From: Lytechinus pictus
Taxonomy: Eukaryota
Assembly (NCBI RefSeq): GCF_037042905.1
Contig: NC_087246.1
Location: 49,600,001-49,664,000 of the forward strand
DNA length: 64,000 nucleotides
Direction of reading: 5' to 3'
This document shows, piece by piece, positions 63,001-64,000 of the stretch. Position numbers and translations under genes: made by a program. The notes beneath the pieces are model-generated. The model had not been told where the DNA came from, did not search any database, and saw only the letters and a program-made list of their open reading frames with translations. Each line of letters begins with the position of its first letter. The stretch's first letter is position 1.

Positions 63001-64000
63001 ACATCTTTAAAGCCGCCGTGGTGTTTGTCAAAACTAAAACATGAGAACAATTGCCATCATTCTGATGGATGATTCAAATTTCCTTCTTTTCTTTGAACAG
63101 GGAGCATCATCCAATCAGAGAATGTTGTGAAATCATTTATCTCTCCCAGCTTAGACCACACATCAGATCCCAATGTTGACATAAAAACTACCAAGCATCT
63201 GCGAACAGGAAATGCTGAAGAAAAAAAAAGCGTAAAGAGAAAAGAGGCAAAAGCCCCATAACAATTTACCAATTTTCAATTTATGGCCCTAAACCCTGAA
63301 CTTCATAACCTCTCGCTACTCATAACCAGCTACAATTTTTTTTTGTTCTGTCTTTTTCTCGCACTTGCACTGAAGCTTAGTTTTGATGTGATTATTAAAT
63401 TATAGATAGCAAAGTGGCTAAATGTTTTTCACAAATGCCACCTTATTTGGCATCAAATATTACTGCTGACGGACATGAAATTTTGCTCACTTTACCAGCC
63501 CTCTTTCGTGTCATTTTATCGGCATCTATCTCTTTTTTTCTTTCAAGTTCTAGGTCTTTTTTTTTTTTTCCGCGGATCACATCTGTTCCGAAAGTTTCCA
63601 TTCCAAAAGGTGACATACAGATCAAGTAAGTGAACAATGAATGCAATAAACAGGTCATAGAAAGTATCTCCTTGTTCATGACAGTTCATGTTTTTGTTCA
63701 TTATTTGTTCATCATTTGCTCATTTCATTTGTATTTTCATCAAAGGAATATTTTTCCCTCCATGAGAGATACATAACAAAATCTTTTTTTCTTCTTTCCT
63801 ACAAACTAATTTGTTAAATTTAATCTTGCAAAAATGTCAAAACTAAAAACTACATCATAAGAGAATCATAGAAGAAACCACTGTTTTAGATTCCAATCAA
63901 GATCAATTTTACTGAATTTACATTATAGAAATTAGCAAACCAAAGGCAACAAATTGTAAACTCTTTAGAATAAAGCTAAATAATTCAATAAAACTCGATA

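Overview
Eukaryotic, AT-rich, intron-containing genomic DNA. The SINE/MITE repertoire and poly-G tracts suggest an invertebrate deuterostome, probably a sea urchin (inference). Two convergent genes are present. (1) TRPC4AP/TRUSS on +: 17 GT-AG coding exons from 288 to 22654 that join in one frame (2475 nt, 824 aa plus stop); its 5' end lies before the window. (2) A spalt-like (Sall) zinc-finger gene on -: one 4.27-kb coding exon (51083-46819), a probable ~6.9-kb 3'UTR ending near 39870, and a >12.9-kb first intron whose upstream exon lies beyond the window. Introns and intergenic DNA carry non-autonomous DNA transposons (Helentron/HINE, hAT-, Harbinger- and Kolobok-like MITEs, fold-backs), tRNA-derived SINEs and micro/minisatellites. 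Most unusual observations: a 180-aa Pro/Gly-free hexad repeat (RE-x-A-L/H-S) at the Sall C-terminus; a 127-aa Thr/Ala/Ser/Glu insert in TRPC4AP bracketed by two same-phase splice donors; a HINE flanked by a ~270-bp direct duplication; and a 400-bp palindrome beside a splice acceptor. No CRISPR, rRNA or true tRNA gene is supported. All homology calls are from recall, not from database searches.
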